A stretch of DNA of 63,147 nucleotides, filler included, from Octopus bimaculoides (GCF_001194135.2; 4 parts of 4 records of this genome joined end to end with filler, not necessarily neighbours in it), one strand, 5' to 3'. Positions 23,961 to 37,065 are shown, numbered from the whole stretch's first letter. Notes: a model not told the origin generated them from the sequence alone. Numbers and translations: made by a program.

Positions 23961-24472
23961 GATTATTATTATTTTCTTGTTTCAGTCGAATGAAGCGACC
24001 CCACTACAGGTCGTCGTCGACTTACGACCAGAACTGTTTCCGACTGACTGGTCGTATCTCTTTCTCTCCTCTCCCAGCTACTCTACCCCCCCCNNNNNNN
24101 NNNNNNNNNNNNNNNNCTTAATCAGTGTATTGTCTCTCTGATCCCCTCTCTTCCCCCACCGGGAAATTTCACCCCACCCTCTCCATCACTTACCAAAAAT
24201 TTCCTACTAATATACCCCATACAACTCACCCATAGGAATTAAAATAACTGCACATCCCTCCCTCGTTTCTTCCTTCCAACCTTCCTCTCTTCTCTCGTCT
24301 ACTGACTCCCACCCCGTTACTTTGCTCCGCCATCTAATACTCTACCGTGTACCTCACCACTTGTGCTCGTTTACTATCTCCGAAGCAGTCGACGTCGTCT
24401 TTAGATAACATTTTTACACACAAGCGGAACGAGTATTTATTTATCCTGTACTGATAACACAGACCAACTTAC

Positions 24473-24566
24473 CGACATGCCTATTTGGTTTCCCCGACCC
24501 CGTCTGTCTTCCGCTTTATTTTTCTTTCTCTTTCATTCAGGCTATATAATTTTCTTCTTCTTTGCT
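24473..24566 (-). other. Candidate 94-nt host exon ending ATG TCG|GTAAGT (5' UTR plus start codon)
   Basis: Minus strand: T-rich tract ...cacgtgcag acceptor and ggcatgtcg|gtaagt donor; non-repeat context. Confidence 0.3.
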
Positions 24567-24812
24567 CTGCACGTGGGGTAGGAAAAAAAAACAAAAAACT
24601 TTGAGAAGTTCTATGTGGAATGTATCTGTGTGTCTGCACGTAAACATGTATGTATTTCTTATCTTTAACTGGTTTTCGTTATTAGATTGCGGCCATGCTG
24701 CGATACGGCCTTGGAGAATTTTTTGTCGAATGAATTGACCCCATTACTGAATTTTTTGTGTGCTACACCTGGTACTTATTCTATTGGTCACTTTGATGAA
24801 ATTCTGCCTTAA

Positions 24813-25627
24813 GCACGCCATATAACGGTTACTCTTTTACTCTTTTCAGTCATTTGACTGTGGCCATGCTGGAGCACCGCCGTTAGTCGAACAAATTGAC
24901 ACCAGGACTTATTCTTTGTAAGCCTAGTACTTATTCTATCGGTATCTTTTTGCCGAACCGCTAAGTTACGGGGACGTAAACACACCAGCATCGGTTGTCA
25001 AGCGATGTTGGGGGGACAAACACAGACACACAAACATACACACACACACACATGCATATATACATACATATATACGACGGGCTTCTTTCAGTTTCCGTGT
25101 ACCAAATCCACTCACAAGGCTTTGGTCGGCCCGAGGCTATAGTAGAAGACACTTGCCCAAGGTGCTACGCAGTGGGACTGAACCCGGAACCATGTGGTTT
25201 GTAAGCAAGCTACTTACCACACAGTCACTCCTACGCAACTTTTTTTATTTTGGGGATTTTTCAGAAAATTTTTGCGAATTTGTCTTCTACACACGGGAAT
25301 TCATACGATTGTACTAAAACAAAGAAATTTTTTGTTGTGTGATTTAAGGGCAATTTAGCTGCTATTTTTAGCACATCTGACAACCACCTGATGTTTTTCA
25401 AAAATTTTTCTCCCCATAAACACATCTAATGGTTTATTGCTAGGATTTAAGCCAAAATTTCGGACTGTCCATATTTTAAAGAGTGATTTGTTTTTAAATG
25501 TGCAAAATTTTTTTTTATATATATATTTTAATTATCGTGTCAATTCCTGTGTGTAGAAATACAAATTTGCAAACATTTTCTGAAAATTCCCCAAAATGAA
25601 CAAGTTATGACTAGTTATATGACATGT
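24813..25627. mobile_element. TTAA-flanked MITE with long TIRs, interrupted by a CORE-SINE
   Basis: TTAA at 24809-24812 and 25628-25631; ends gcacgccatataac / gttatatgacatgt; inner TIR arms about 25246-25310 / 25530-25600. Confidence 0.8.
24831..25237 (-). mobile_element. Full-length CORE-SINE inserted in the left TIR of the TTAA MITE
   Basis: Head-to-tail match to the family; tail (gtaaaaga)n. Confidence 0.92.
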
Positions 25628-25742
25628 TTAATGTAGAATTCCGCATGTGTCTTCTCTGGTATTGGGAAGAGACAGGTGGGATAGAGAATCGCTGAAGTCA
25701 CAGGATGTGTGACGAAAAAGCTTTGCAAAAGAAATTAAGATG

Positions 25743-25783
<41 letters not shown>

Positions 25784-25943
25784 GCTGAAGTGAAGACCAA
25801 ATATGCAGTGCGTGTGTAATTGGCAAAATATGACCGTCCCCAAGTATAACAATATCTGTTTCAACACACGATTTCACATCAGGAACCTTACAAAACAAAT
25901 ACATAAATGCATATATGTATATATATATGTGTGTGTGTGAATA

Positions 25944-25994
<51 letters not shown>

Positions 25995-26019
25995 CGATGT
26001 ATGAGGGTTCGGCAATTCC

Positions 26020-26240
26020 TTGCTGAATAACCATACAAATGAATTGTTTATAGTGATCAAATGTCTCTGTTCACATAAGATCGCTCCTTCGATTAGATCG
26101 ACATTACCTGTATAGGTGCACCATGTGCCACATGTCAGATGACGAAATGATCGCAGAGCAACGTGATGTGAAGCGTTTTGCTCAAGAATACAACGCAACG
26201 CCCGGTTTGGGAATCGAAACCTCGATCACCCCAATCACTA
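26020..26240 (-). mobile_element. Second CORE-type SINE family fragment
   Basis: Reverse complement ggtttcgattcccaaaccgggcg...tattcttgagcaaaacgcttcac (B-box plus CORE-like segment). Confidence 0.6.
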
Positions 26241-26264
26241 ATCCATGCCCCTTCACAAACATCT

Positions 26265-26298
<34 letters not shown>

Positions 26299-26644
26299 GA
26301 AACTCTAGGCCCTTCATAGTGAAAGTTGATACTTTTACTTAAACTGTTGTGTTCACAGAGCCACCAAGCAAACCATGATATGTCTGGCGATCCTGAGAAC
26401 ACAAGCGAAACTCCAGACTAGCAAGAAACTGACTCGACCATACATTGACACACACACACACACACGTTCTTGGTAATGTGCAGAATAGTATTTATGGGCA
26501 TGGCATCCTTTCTGAAATCTTCGCGGTTTCTCACGCTTGAGCGTTAATCTCTTCCTTTCTGTTAAAACGATCGAGCACGTGTTGGTGTGTCAATGACAGG
26601 TCAACGAGGTCGTGTGACCCGCGAGAACTTGTTCTGAGCCGTGA

Positions 26645-26900
26645 GGTCATCATCATCGTCATCATCATCATCATCATCATTTAACGTTTACTTTTCATGC
26701 TGACATGGGTTGGACGGTTTGACAGAAGCTGGCTAGGCAGAAGACTGTACCAGGCTTTCAGTATTTGTTTTGACCTGGTTTTTACGACTGGATTTCTTTC
26801 CTAACGCCAACCACTTTACAGTGGGTTTTTTTTTACGTGGCACCAGCACTGGCAGTGTCACCGAGGAACTTGCAAAGCAAAGGTCCTTTGACAGGGTAGG
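26645..26900 (-). mobile_element. RTE-type 3' tail repeat ending in (GAT)n
   Basis: Reverse complement ccgtccaacccatgtcagcatgaaaagtaaacgttaaatgatgatg. Confidence 0.6.
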
Positions 26901-27129
26901 CGGCATTGAAGGAGGTGACCTTGTGCCAGGTGATGAAAGGTTAAAGTGATGAAAGGTTAAATTCACAGAATGACCTTCTGAATTTAGAGGTGCACATAGA
27001 GTATCGTTATAAGCATTTGCTCTGTGTCCACATTATGTAATAAAGTCCTCTGTCGAAGAGCCGTTGTGCATCTGCATCCAAATGCACTAGCAACACCCTC
27101 TGCTGAGAATGCAAAGAGCCACAATGGTG

Positions 27130-28020
27130 AATCGTGCGTAGGGAACACTGGTATAAACAACCTCTTGTATGCATCATATTTTTTCCTACGCACGCACGCG
27201 CACACACACAATGGGCTCTTTCAGTTTCTGTCTATCATAATCCACTCACAAGGCTTGGTCGGTCCGAGGCTATAGTGGAAGACACTTGTCCAAGGTGCCA
27301 CGCAGTGGGACTGAGCTTGAAACCATGTGGTTGGTAAGCAAGCTACTTACCACGCAGCCACACCTATTCAATGTCACTGCGCCGCACCTAGGACAAGTAT
27401 CTTCTATAGTCCCGAGCTGACCAACACCTTGTGAAGGAATTCGGTAGACGGAAACTGTGTGGAAGCCTGTTGTGCATATTTATGTTTGTATGTATGTGTG
27501 TGCGAGTGTCTCTTTACCACTTCACACACTGTATGACAACCGGTGTTAGGTTGTTTACGCCCCCATTATCTAACAGTTCGCTAAAGAGGCCGACAGATAA
27601 GTACCAGATTTCAAAAAAATATATTCTGGAGTCGATTTATTCGACTAAATCCTTCAAGTCGGTGCCTCAGCTTGGCCGCAGTCCAATAACTGAAAGAAGT
27701 AAAACTTTTTGGGAAAGTCTCTTCTACTTATAGCCTCGGCCCGAACAAAGCCTTTGTGAGTGGATTTGGTAGATGGAAACTGAAAGAAGCCTGTCCTGTA
27801 TATGTATATATATGTGTGTCTTAGTTTGTTCCCCACCACCGCTTGACAACCGGTGCTGGTAAGCTTACGTCCCCGTAACTTAGCGGTTCGACCCAAAAGA
27901 CCGATGGAATAATTACTAGGCTTTAAAGGAAAAAAAGTCCTAGGGGCGATTTGTTCGACTAAAATCCTCCGAGGTGGTGCTGCAGCATGGTCGCAGTCAA
28001 ATGACAAACCAGTAAAAGAG
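27130..28020. mobile_element. Cluster of three CORE-SINE pieces (27130-27365 -, 27380-27700 +, 27720-28020 +)
   Basis: Similarity to family consensus inferred from other copies. Confidence 0.8.
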
Positions 28021-28271
28021 ATAGACAGATAGATTAAAAATTTAAAATAAAACTACTAAAGTCAACTAAGCATACACAATGAATATATTTAGAATGTATA
28101 TATATACACAATTGTGTCCTATATATATTTTAATTCATTTCTATTTACTGACTATTTATCTTCGGTCTAATCTTTCTCTTCGTCTTTGTCAGCATCCTCT
28201 CTCGGTCTTGACCCCGTGCCCTAGAAAACTCAATTTTGACACTCTTCATCCTTTTATAATTACATCCTTTC

Positions 28272-28420
28272 ATAAGCCGGCGGCGAGCTGGCCGAATCGT
28301 TGATACGTCAGACAGAATGCTTCGCGGCATTCCTGATTTCAAATTCCGTTCATCTCGACTTTACCCTTCCATCCTTTCAGGGCCGATTGACTGTATCATC
28401 TAATGTGACCCTCACCTTTC
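28272..28420 (+). mobile_element. Diverged Meta-SINE
   Basis: ggcggcgagctggccgaatcgtt head and ccatcctttcagggccgat core. Confidence 0.65.
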
Positions 28421-29229
28421 AAGATTAATTTGAGCGAAACTTGGCTGCTATTTGTGTTTTATTTTTGAGCGACTATCTACAAATAGAGAGACAAAGGAAG
28501 AGACTCGCTTTCTCATTGACATTTTGCAAAGTTAGCATGTGGAGAACTAAGTGCATGAACCGCTGTTAGTCCTCACCTCCTTCGCCATCACCTCTATATC
28601 TTCCTAATCAACGTTGCTATCACCGACGCCTCCACTATAGTAGAGAGGGAGAAAGAGAGTGTAAAGTAACGTGTAGTGACTGATCGCCGGTGGCGCTTCT
28701 CTTTTTTGACATGTACTTTAGTTTGTACTAACTTACGTATATACACATACAAACTTGTCAGTAGTTCGGAGCCTTTTTAAAGTTCGTTTTATATCTTCAT
28801 ACTATTGTTGAAAGACTGATAGTAGTAGTACTAGTTTCTTTATTAGTTACTTTACTACAAAGGAACTTAAACAATTTATTTAACAAAAGAAGAATCTTTT
28901 TATATAACAAAGTAAGTTTTCCTTTTGTTGCGATTACACTAATACACACACTGCTACACTCATTCATTCAGACTTACCACTTTTTTAAAATGTCATGCTT
29001 TTTCTTTCGTTATAGATTTTCTTATCTGTATATACATACGTATACACACACACACACACGCTTTTTCACCTTGAATTTGAATCCTACCAAATACTGTTTG
29101 TTTGTTTTTTTAGTTTTATTTCGGCGTTTCGGATAAGGGAAGAATTCTGCTTTAAGCATAACTTTACTAATTGACCGGAATTTTCAGTATTTTTTTTTTA
29201 ACTTTTCGAGTTTTTTTATTTTTTTAATC

Positions 29230-29507
29230 AGAGTTTAAAATACGGACAGTCCGAATTTTTGGCTTAAATCTCAGAAATAGATCACTAAATGTGTTTATGA
29301 GGAGAAAGATATTGAAAAAAACATCAATACGTCAGACTAGCTAACAAACAAACGAGAGGTGGTTGTACGATGTGCTAAAAATAGCAGCTAAATAGTCCTT
29401 AAATCACGCAGCAAAAAACATTTTTTTCGCATAATCGTATGAATTCCCGTGTGTGGAAGATAAATTCGCAAAAATTTTCTTTAAATTCCCAAGAAATAAA
29501 AAAAGCC
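29230..29507 (-). mobile_element. Third copy of the TTAA MITE family, cut by a gap
   Basis: Inverse match to 25250-25500 (cggacagtccgaattttt; gctaaaaatagcagctaaat). Confidence 0.75.
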
Positions 29508-30472
29508 NNNNNNNNNNNNNNNNNNNNNNNNNNNNNNNNNNNNNNNNNNNNNNNNNNNNNNNNNNNNNNNNNNNNNNNNNNNNNNNNNNNNNNNNNNNNN
29601 NNNNNNNNNNNNNNNNNNNNNNNNNNNNNNNNNNNNNNNNNNNNNNNNNNNNNNNNNNNNNNNNNNNNNNNNNNNNNNNNNNNNNNNNNNNNNNNNNNNN
29701 NNNNNNNNNNNNNNNNNNNNNNNNNNNNNNNNNNNNNNNNNNNNNNNNNNNNNNNNNNNNNNNNNNAAAAAAAAAAAGTTTTCTTTCGTATTAGTGAGAA
29801 ATAATTAATTCTTGTTATTGTTGTGTGATTCCAGGTCACTCCTAACCGAGTTGACCTTTGGCCAGAAGTATTCCAGTCGGGATGATCCTGTCTTTTTCAA
29901 TATACACTTTTCGACTACAATTAATGGCTGTAAAATATCGAGGCGATTTGACTTCTATTTCTAGCAACTCGAGGGACTGCCTAGAGTTGTGACTTTTTAA
30001 CACTCTGGTAATTTTCGTGGTCGTGTGTGTGTGTGTGTGTTTGTATATATAATGTTGTAGAGGGGAGGGCTACTGCACTTTTCACTGGCTGTGACTTCAA
30101 AGGAGACCGTCGCCAAAAAGGCCCCTAATTGGTGGCTCCACCCAGACGTTTATCTGCCGGCAAGAAATTGGGAGGGAGAGGGTGAGATGTGTGGCGACTG
30201 CATGCTAGGATAACATGCGGTAGGGGATGTTAAGCTCGCTGCTGGGGTTGTTATTTTTAAGCCTGGAGACGTAGACCCGGACCATTAAGTGTTCTTAGCC
30301 ATAACCATCTAGGACTACATTATCTCATGTGCCCTTTTTTTTTTTTTAAAGCCAGTTTAATGGTGATTTAAGACAGGAGTTCTTAGATTTATTTTGTCGC
30401 AGTGCGTTTATATAATTTTTTTTCCAAATATCGAAGGATCCATTCCTTATATTTTACGGAGTTCCCCTTCTC

Positions 30473-30566
30473 GGCGGAGGTAACGTATACGTACACCACC
30501 CGTTTTCGGCGTAACCCTAACCCTAAGCACCGAAAACGGGTGGATTGCGGGTTCTTTACCTTCGCC
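30473..30566. other. Foldback hairpin with CCCTAA telomeric repeats in the loop
   Basis: Perfect 14-bp stem ccacccgttttcgg (30496-30509) / ccgaaaacgggtgg (30530-30543); loop cgtaaccctaaccctaagca; outer stem ggcggaggtaa / ttaccttcgcc (10/11). Confidence 0.85.
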
Positions 30567-30734
30567 CCCTTCTCAAAATTGTTTAGAGAAAAAACAGTAA
30601 CAGAGCTTTGAAATGGCTGTCCCATATANNNNNNNNNNNNNNNNNNNNNNNNNNNNNNNNNNNNNNNNNNNNTTAATTAATTAANNNNNNNNNNNNNNNN
30701 NNNNNNNNNNNNNNNNNNNNNNNNNNNNCATTTG

Positions 30735-30954
30735 TGTATGTTGTATCCTATCTAGTTCATTGACTCCTAATTACTTGTATGGTTGGCTTTCGTCTAGTTC
30801 TCTTATTTCATTGGCTTTATCTAGTGCTATATTGCTACTTTTAACTAATTTTCCTCTTTTCAGGGTTGCTTTGGCACATTTTTCTAATCCGAATTTCATA
30901 TCTATTTCCTTGGTAAAGCCGTGTACTGTCTGTAGTAGTGTTTCTAGCTCTTTG

Positions 30955-30960
<6 letters not shown>
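30735..30960 (-). mobile_element. R4/Dong-type RT fragment starting directly at an (AAT)n array (30958-31095)
   Basis: KELETLLQTVHGFTKEIDMKFGLEKCAKATLKRGK...YK, post-YxDD RT region of RLE-clade elements. Confidence 0.85.
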
Positions 30961-31006
<46 letters not shown>

Positions 31007-31056
31007 CATTATTATTATTATTATTATTATTATTGTTATTATTATTATTGTTATTA

Positions 31057-31087
<31 letters not shown>

Positions 31088-32605
31088 TATTATTACAACA
31101 ACCAAAGAAAATTGTTGTTATAAACATTTAAACAGAACCGATGTGGAAACGTGAATGACAGCAAAAAGTAGTTGGTATTAACGTTTGAGGTGAGATAATT
31201 AATAATAGTGGCGATGAGAGGAATTAAAATGAACAACGAAATCTTGGTGAAAAATTCTGTAATTCAGTCTGTCAAATCTGATTTACAACGTTGTAACATC
31301 GGAAATGCAATGATTTTATGATTAATGAACAATGCAATCAGAAATATTCTTAGCGTTAGTGATCACGTTTCTCTTTCCATGGTGTTTAAATGTGAGACAC
31401 TTTGTCACGAGAATGTTAGTCAATCGTATGTATTTATTTTACTCTGTAAACTACTAAAATATTTTAATCAGCGAATAGATTAGAACATTTAAAATACAAT
31501 TTGCTACTAATAAAAACAACGATTCGTATCAACATTTTGTTTTGAAAAATTGTATTTAGAAGAAAAAGCAAATAAAAATGTGAAGAGGATAACGTGATAG
31601 CCAATACGAAACATATGTAGCCTTACGACACATTTTATGGGGTGTCACTGCAGTCAGTAATTATCAGAATATTATATCACAATCATCGTTGATCTAAAAT
31701 TAGAATTTTGCATTCATAACCATGATATTTGTTTAAAATAATTATCACGGCTTTAAAGATTAGATTTTCAGACTATAAAGATTAAATTTCTGGAAGTTAA
31801 TGGAAGATGTAGGTTTGTGGCAAAGAAGTAAATTTCAAATCTGTTGCCAACAACAACGAATGATTACTTGAGTTACTGTTGAACGGATGAATAGGCTACA
31901 ATGATTTCGACTTGGAGATCACTTCAACAATATCTTGCTCAGCTTAGGCTTAGCGGATTAGATTATAGAAATGTTTTATGACTAAAGGGAATCGAAATGT
32001 GTGACAATCTGCCAGTTTCTCAAAATGTCAGAGAAAATACAAAAAAGTAGACATCATCTGTTTACTGTATATTTTCATAGATTCTTGAGAACTCCAATAA
32101 TTTATAAGGATACAAGTAAGATTATATTCTGTTGTAAAGGTATTCAATGTAAGTTAACCATCTATTAAAGTTTCATATCATCATATAGCTGTAGTTTATT
32201 TACATCGCACGGTGGGTGTCGCCAAATCTAATCTCGTTCAGATACTACTGAAAAGCATGAAGCACGCCGCACAGCGTATACTGTCTGCATCGTTAAATGG
32301 AAATCAATTATAGAAAATTACACGAAAATTGACTTTACGAACGAGAAACAATATGGCTAATTATATTTAGTGAAATAATGTTATCTTAAATTGTTAGGGA
32401 GTACTCGTAATTGCATGTTCGATATAATTACTCTGGCGACCAAAATATATTCCTTTGTGTTACTGTGCAAAAACAATAAAGACAACTAACAGAATACACG
32501 CGCGCATGCACGCGCGCACACACACACACACACACACAAACACATGCATATACATATATATATATATATATATACGCATGTATATATATATGTGTGTGTA
32601 TATGT

Positions 32606-32641
<36 letters not shown>

Positions 32642-33600
32642 NNNNNNNNNNNNNNNNNNNNNNNNNNNNNNNNNNNNNNNNNNNNNNNNNNNNNNNNNNN
32701 NNNNNNNNNNNNNNNNNNNNNNNNNNNNNNNNNNNNNNNNNNNNNNNNNNNNNNNNNNNNNNNNNNNNNNNNNNNNNNNNNNNNNNNNNNNNNNNNNNNN
32801 NNNNNNNNNNNNNNNNNNNNNNNNNNNNNNNNNNNNNNNNNNNNNNNNNNNNNNNNNNNNNNNNNNNNNNNNNNNNNNNNNNNNNNNNNNNNNNNNNNNN
32901 NNNNNNNNNNNNNNNNNNNNNNNNNNNNNNNNNNNNNNNNNNNNNNNNNNNNNNNNNNNNNNNNNNNNNNNNNNNNNNNNNNNNNNNNNNNNNNNNNNNN
33001 NNNNNNNNNNNNNNNNNNNNNNNNNNNNNNNNNNNNNNNNNNNNNNNNNNNNNNNNNNNNNNNNNNNNNNNNNNNNNNNNNNNNNNNNNNNNNNNNNNNN
33101 NNNNNNNNNNNNNNNNNNNNNNNNNNNNNNNNNNNNNNNNNNNNNNNNNNNNNNNNNNNNNNNNNNNNNNNNNNNNNNNNNNNNNNNNNNNNNNNNNNNN
33201 NNNNNNNNNNNNNNNNNNNNNNNNNNNNNNNNNNNNNNNNNNNNNNNNNNNNNNNNNNNNNNNNNNNNNNNNNNNNNNNNNNNNNNNNNNNNNNNNNNNN
33301 NNNNNNNNNNNNNNNNNNNNNNNNNNNNNNNNNNNNNNNNNNNNNNNNNNNNNNNNNNNNNNNNNNNNNNNNNNNNNNNNNNNNNNNNNNNNNNNNNNNN
33401 NNNNNNNNNNNNNNNNNNNNNNNNNNNNNNNNNNNNNNNNNNNNNNNNNNNNNNNNNNNNNNNNNNNNNNNNNNNNNNNNNNNNNNNNNNNNNNNNNNNN
33501 NNNNNNNNNNNNNNNNNNNNNNNNNNNNNNNNNNNNNNNNNNNNNNNNNNNNNNNNNNNNNNNNNNNNNNNNNNNNNNNNNNNNNNNNNNNNNNNNNNNN

Positions 33601-33636
<36 letters not shown>

Positions 33637-36389
33637 TCTGTGTGTGTGTGTGTGTGTGCCATGAAATATCTACGTATCAGTAATGTTTTAAATTCAGGGA
33701 GATGGTGCCCGAAATATCCCCAATACAGTGCAGACATTTTTGCGATTTGAAACACTCTAATACCATGCAAATGCCAATGCGACAAGTCGGTCATATTTCC
33801 AAAAATCTTCTTTTGTCTATTTTTGTACCATTCTTCTAACGTTCTCTGCAATATTAAATTGAATAAGTGAATCCAATCTGTGTTTTTTCATTATTTCTCA
33901 TTATATCTCATTTAAATTTTATGGATTTGCATACACTGCTCCAGAATATTTCAACATAATTCTTAGTGTTTATGCTAATGCCATTACCAGTGTTGATAAG
34001 CAGTATTAGTCCAAAAATGTATTAAGATAAGCAAAGACGCGTCTGTATTCTGTGTATCATTGTCTAACCGAGGAAAATCCATGGAGGTTGTAGACTGGAA
34101 ATCGGTGTAGGGTGAAAGGCTAGCAGGTACGATGCCAGTTTTGATAATATTTAGCTAGTTAAAAATAATTAAACCTCTCCAATTCCCTGTTGAAATAAGA
34201 ACATGAATGCAAATTATGGGGTAATAAAATTTATCAATATAAGAGCTACTCTCTTCTGTTTGAGACCCAGGTGTGCATGAGTGCCTTGTTTGGACATGAG
34301 CTCCCTTAAGATTCAGGCCACTACTCATGATAACATTCGCATTCGCAAAAATTACATTACTCAGAACTACTTATCGTTCGAATTCTACTCCTGTCATGAG
34401 GAACTGCAGTGAAATAAGAGAAGTTTCTGCTTTCAAAATCTTATTTGAAAGCAGTAATGTCTTGTCAAATTTTGACGTCCTTGTATAGCTCTAAATCAGC
34501 CAAGCTTATGCAGCGCAAAATTCAATTATATTCAGTCGTAGCCGTCCATTTTTAAGACACAGCATACCTAAGACTACATGTACTGAATATTCTTCAATTT
34601 TCTAAAATAGTGAATTGCGATTTCCAGAAGATTGGACTGCTGATTCTTGCATTTCAAGTGACCGCTTAGATATTCCTTCTTCGCAGCATTTTTCTAGAAC
34701 GATATTCCTGACATTTCAACTTTTCTGTTTCTTGATAATTTTGAATGCAATGGAGTAGTGAGGTCCGGAATAATAACATATTGCTTGTGATAGAACAGCG
34801 TTTTTATATTGTGTAGTTATTATATGATCGTTTGAACCTATCATACATAGCGTGGCGAAAAAGGAAGGAGAAGGAAATAATTCTCTCACAAAGTGTCTAT
34901 GATGCACTATCAAAATGATTCTAGGATGTATTACATGGTGGAATAATGGAATTGTGAATCAATCAAACGTGGAATTTTTTTATATGGTCTGTCACTTTGT
35001 AAGATATAGAAGACATATCACAGCAAACAGTCACACTAAATAAGGCAATGATACATTACGCAATTTTGTCCTACACATTGGTAAAAGACGAGATTGTCAT
35101 AAGCGAAATATTGTGCAGTAGCTTGTTGTGTTGATGATGGTAGGCGTGGTTTCTAACGCACACGAACGAAAACAATATCAAATGAACTTTGCATGTTGCA
35201 GAAAAAAATATGCTTTCTGCATGCTTCCCTCTGTACCACACTTCGGTTTTCTGGCTGTGTTCTTTACTTTTTATTTCATGCTTCTATATTTATTTCAGGA
35301 CAATATTTGAAAGTTGTTATATTTTTAAGTATCTCAGTCTGAAATCAAGGCGTTTATCACAGGAAATCTAAGAGAGATTTGGTTTGTCACTCAGAATAGT
35401 TGCCAAAGGACATGGGCGCTTTGATATCTGAACAAAGGGTCATGAACTTCTGATTATTTACGTGAAAGCTTCCTATAAACTTAATTGTAAATAAATCGTA
35501 CAAATGACGTCTTATGTGTTCCTATTCCTACCTAAACACTCCCTTGGTTATATTCCAGTTATAAGTTTTCAGTTATTTGTTTATCAACTATGATATTCCG
35601 TAAGTCGAGTCTTCTCACAATCACATAGAAACTAAATGTATAGATTTACGTTATTATAATATTATTAGGTAGGATATAGGCTGTAAGATTTCAGTAGCTG
35701 TACCCTCACCTCCATTAATGTATGTATTTTTCTCTGTACATCACCAAGAAATAATTCAGTTTACATTTTTGAAGAAACATAATCCTGTGTATTAATGTTG
35801 CTTACAACATGTTGATTTTAATGAAGCGTTCTAACTATAACCATCTGAGTTTATCTTCACACAATAAATAACGTTTATTAAATTTCCAATTTTATCGTAT
35901 GTTTAAATTGGCAGGCTTGATCTCATACGATTCTGTCCTATATAGCACTAACATGTAGAAAACTCTGAATTGTTCTCATTAATGCTACATGTATCGTTCT
36001 GGTGGTTATATATTTATTTATAAACTAACGTATTCTGTTAGTTTAAGTGTTAAACTAACAATCTCTTATTTGAATCAATATTAAAATATTCAAAGCAGAG
36101 AGCATAAAAGGCAAATTAAGACGATTGAAATGAATCTTTTTACTCATTAAATAATTATTAAAAACGATAATTAAGTGTCATCATTGAATCGCTAATTCAC
36201 GGTTTATACTTTGATTTGAAGTTTGGACCATTGAATATGTTATCACTAAAATGATATCCATCTTCTTGTGGTTAATATCTTTAATAATTTCACCACAGTC
36301 ATTGTACAATAATGTACACCACAACATTACTTTAGATATTACCTTTAAGTCTATGTTTTTTTGAGGAGATCAGGGAGACGAAATATTCT

Positions 36390-37065
36390 TTTCTACACAA
36401 GGCCCGAAATGTTTGGAGAGGAGGGCCAGTCGATTAAATCGACCCCAGTACACAAATGGTACTTAATTTATCGACTGGAAAGGATGAAAGGCAACATCGA
36501 CATCCGCGGAATTTGAACTCAAAACGTAAAGACAGATAAAATACCGCTAAGCATTTCGCCCGGCGTGCGAGAGTTTCTGCCAGCTCGCCGCCTTACGGAG
36601 ACGTAATATTTCTTTCTTTATTGCCCACATTTCTGGCTAAACATAGAGGGGACAAAGAAGGACAAGGCGTTTAAGTCAATTACATCGACCTCAGTGCATA
36701 ACTGGTACTTATTTAATCGACCTCGAAACGATGAAATGTAAAGTCGACCCTGGTGGAATTTGAACACAGAACGTAGCGTCAGACGAAATGCTGCTAAGCA
36801 TTTCGCCCGGTGTGCTAACGATTCTGCCAGCTCGCCGCCTTAAATATTGTCTTCTACTCTAGGCACAAGGCCCGAAATGTTTGGGGAGGGGGTCAGTCAA
36901 TGAGATCGACCCCAGTACGCAACTGGTACATAATCTATCGACACCGAAAGGATGAAAGGCAAAGTCGACATCCGCGGAATTTGAACTCAGAACGTAAAGA
37001 CAGACGAAATATCGCTAAGCATTTCGCTCGACGTGCTAGCGATTCTGCCAGCTCCCCGCCTTTCG
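36390..37065 (-). mobile_element. Three head-to-tail Meta-SINEs (about 36390-36595, 36608-36843, 36850-37063)
   Basis: Each has the ggcggcgagctggcag-type head, B-box and Meta core; the middle copy has a different tail. Confidence 0.92.

Noticed and set aside
25250-29507. Inverted copies as the two ends of one 4-kb transposon
   Set aside because: The 24813-25627 copy has both of its own TIRs and TTAA flanks, so these are independent MITE insertions.
30673-30684. ttaattaattaa island inside N runs (also 45996-46007 and 62000-62011)
   Set aside because: Identical 12-mer with stops in all six frames, centred in equal-length N pads: an assembly linker, not biology. Adjacency across these points is uncertain.
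30760-31131. Poly-L, poly-N and poly-Y ORFs
   Set aside because: Translations of (AAT)n; only the R4 RT portion is real.
33660-33851. Protein-like minus-strand stretch (RTLEEWYKNRQKKIFG...)
   Set aside because: Plausible acceptor but no convincing donor and no recognisable family.
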